Assembly: GCF_963921235.1 (NCBI RefSeq)
Contig: NC_086118.1
Span: 16,680,001-16,744,000, forward strand
Length of the DNA: 64,000 nucleotides
From: Mobula hypostoma
Lineage: Eukaryota
Direction: 5' to 3'
Positions 62,642-64,000 of the stretch are shown in pieces. The notes below the pieces were generated by a model. That model did not search any database. It was not told the DNA's origin and saw nothing but the letters and a program-made list of their open reading frames with translations. Positions within the stretch are counted from its first letter, which is position 1, and every line of letters starts with the position of its first letter. The translations under genes were made by a program, and so were the position numbers.

Positions 62642-63677
62642 TAGTTTGAGCACTCCTTATCCAAAATGCTTGGGGTTGGCAGTGTTTCGGATTTCAGATA
62701 TTGGAACATTTGAATCTATATAATGAGAAACCTTGGCGATAGGACTCAAGGCTAAACACAAAATTCATTCACATCACAAATACAGCTTATGTACAGCTGG
62801 AGTGAAGCTCAGAGTGAACAATCTGCAGTCAAAGCACATTCTAACGTGATGGAGCTAGGTCCTCCGCAGGCTGACAGAGTTGAGTGACCAACCCCGACCA
62901 TGACTATTACTGGGTTCCAGCGCTGCAATTGACTTCATATCCACCATCAATTTCTAACAGCTGCCCATTCCACAGCAACAACAACAGGAGGGGGAGATTG
63001 TTTTATATTATATTTTTAATAATTTTGTGCATCAAACAATAATGTGTACATTGAACCATCAGAAAGGTAAGTTATCAGTTCCTCAGCCAACCAGGTGGAC
63101 AGTCAGTGGCTGTTTGGCATCACCATCATTCCCAACTCTGAATTAATGTGCTACCAGTAAGCAGCCTTAGTCGGACACTTGTTCATCACAGAAATGTACT
63201 GATGCAGCTGTTCAGCATGTTAGATTTTCATCAGCAAACTCATCAATGAATTTCTCTGCTGTTTTGTAATCAGCAGACAGTTATCATCTCAAATCTTTAA
63301 AAATTTAATGCTGTGCCTTTGCTTAAACTTTTGCAACCAGCCTGCTGAATATTCACAATTACTTTCAATCTTCAGTTCGTTGTGATAGATCTGTGCTTGT
63401 TTTATGCTCACTCCGACGCTGAGAAATCCACTCATGCACAACACATTCACGATCTTCATTTACTGCATGATGCAGTGTTTTGCTATTTTTCATTAACTTG
63501 CATTCATTATATACGTGATGTCACTTCTGAGAGCTGTTTTGTGGTTTGCAGAGACCTGTGCATCACCTGGAAACCTTCCCAGTGCCTTGTGGAATTTTCC
63601 ATTTGTTACGTCATCTCAGTGCTCAAAATAATTTTGAATTTCAGATTTCGCAATTTCTACAAGGGGTGCTCAACCTG
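62642..63677 (-). mobile_element. Tigger/pogo-type deletion derivative with a CENP-B HTH remnant
   Basis: TIR ggggtgctcaacctg|ta; minus-strand LKIESNCEYSAGWLQKFKQRHSIKFLKI at ~63290-63375. Confidence 0.8.
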
Positions 63678-64000
63678 TATTCCCAGGTCTGATATAGCTT
63701 TAGATGGCTGGAGTACTCAATGATTTTCAAACTTTAGCTGGCACTGTTAAATAAACCATGCTGGTACTATTCCAGGATGTGGATAGCAGTGGATAACTGA
63801 TAACGTGTGGAGAGTTGGGACGTACGTGGGATTTGACACCCACTTCTCTTAAGTTGGACTGGAGGGAGGCATATGCGGACATGGAGTGGGTTGGAGCATC
63901 AGTTCTCCCCTCCAAAGCTGTGGGCCTCACCTACAATATGAAGAGAAAGTGGAGTTACTGTTCCCCTGGAACTGAATCTTCCAGTGTTTGCTGTAGCAGA

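Overview
AT-rich vertebrate genomic DNA. The repeat set (CR1 LINEs, tRNA-derived SINEs with CR1/L2-type tails, abundant Penelope elements) suggests a cartilaginous fish such as a ray or shark; this is inference. The window appears almost entirely intronic. The one convincing host exon is 49674-49919 on the minus strand and encodes the N-terminal ...LPPLTERKN|V segment of a myocardin/MRTF-family coactivator, possibly starting at a GTG. The rest is a dense, often nested collection of mostly dead mobile elements: CR1, L1, Rex1/L2-like, RTE, a HERO/R2-type element, two Penelope families, hAT, Tc1, Tigger, MITEs and SINEs. The most notable observations are: (1) Penelope terminal repeats carrying minimal hammerhead ribozyme cores, including ~95-nt TSD-flanked mini-copies truncated at the ribozyme edge and lying sense to the host pre-mRNA; (2) a TSD-flanked, ORF1-retaining L1 that has lost its RT (half-L1-like); (3) a 5 x 178-bp tandem array inside a CR1; (4) a candidate non-AUG start overlapped by a uORF. 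There are no prokaryotic features, CRISPR arrays, rRNA or true tRNA genes. Repeat boundaries were read by eye and are approximate unless a TSD is quoted. No database searches were run.
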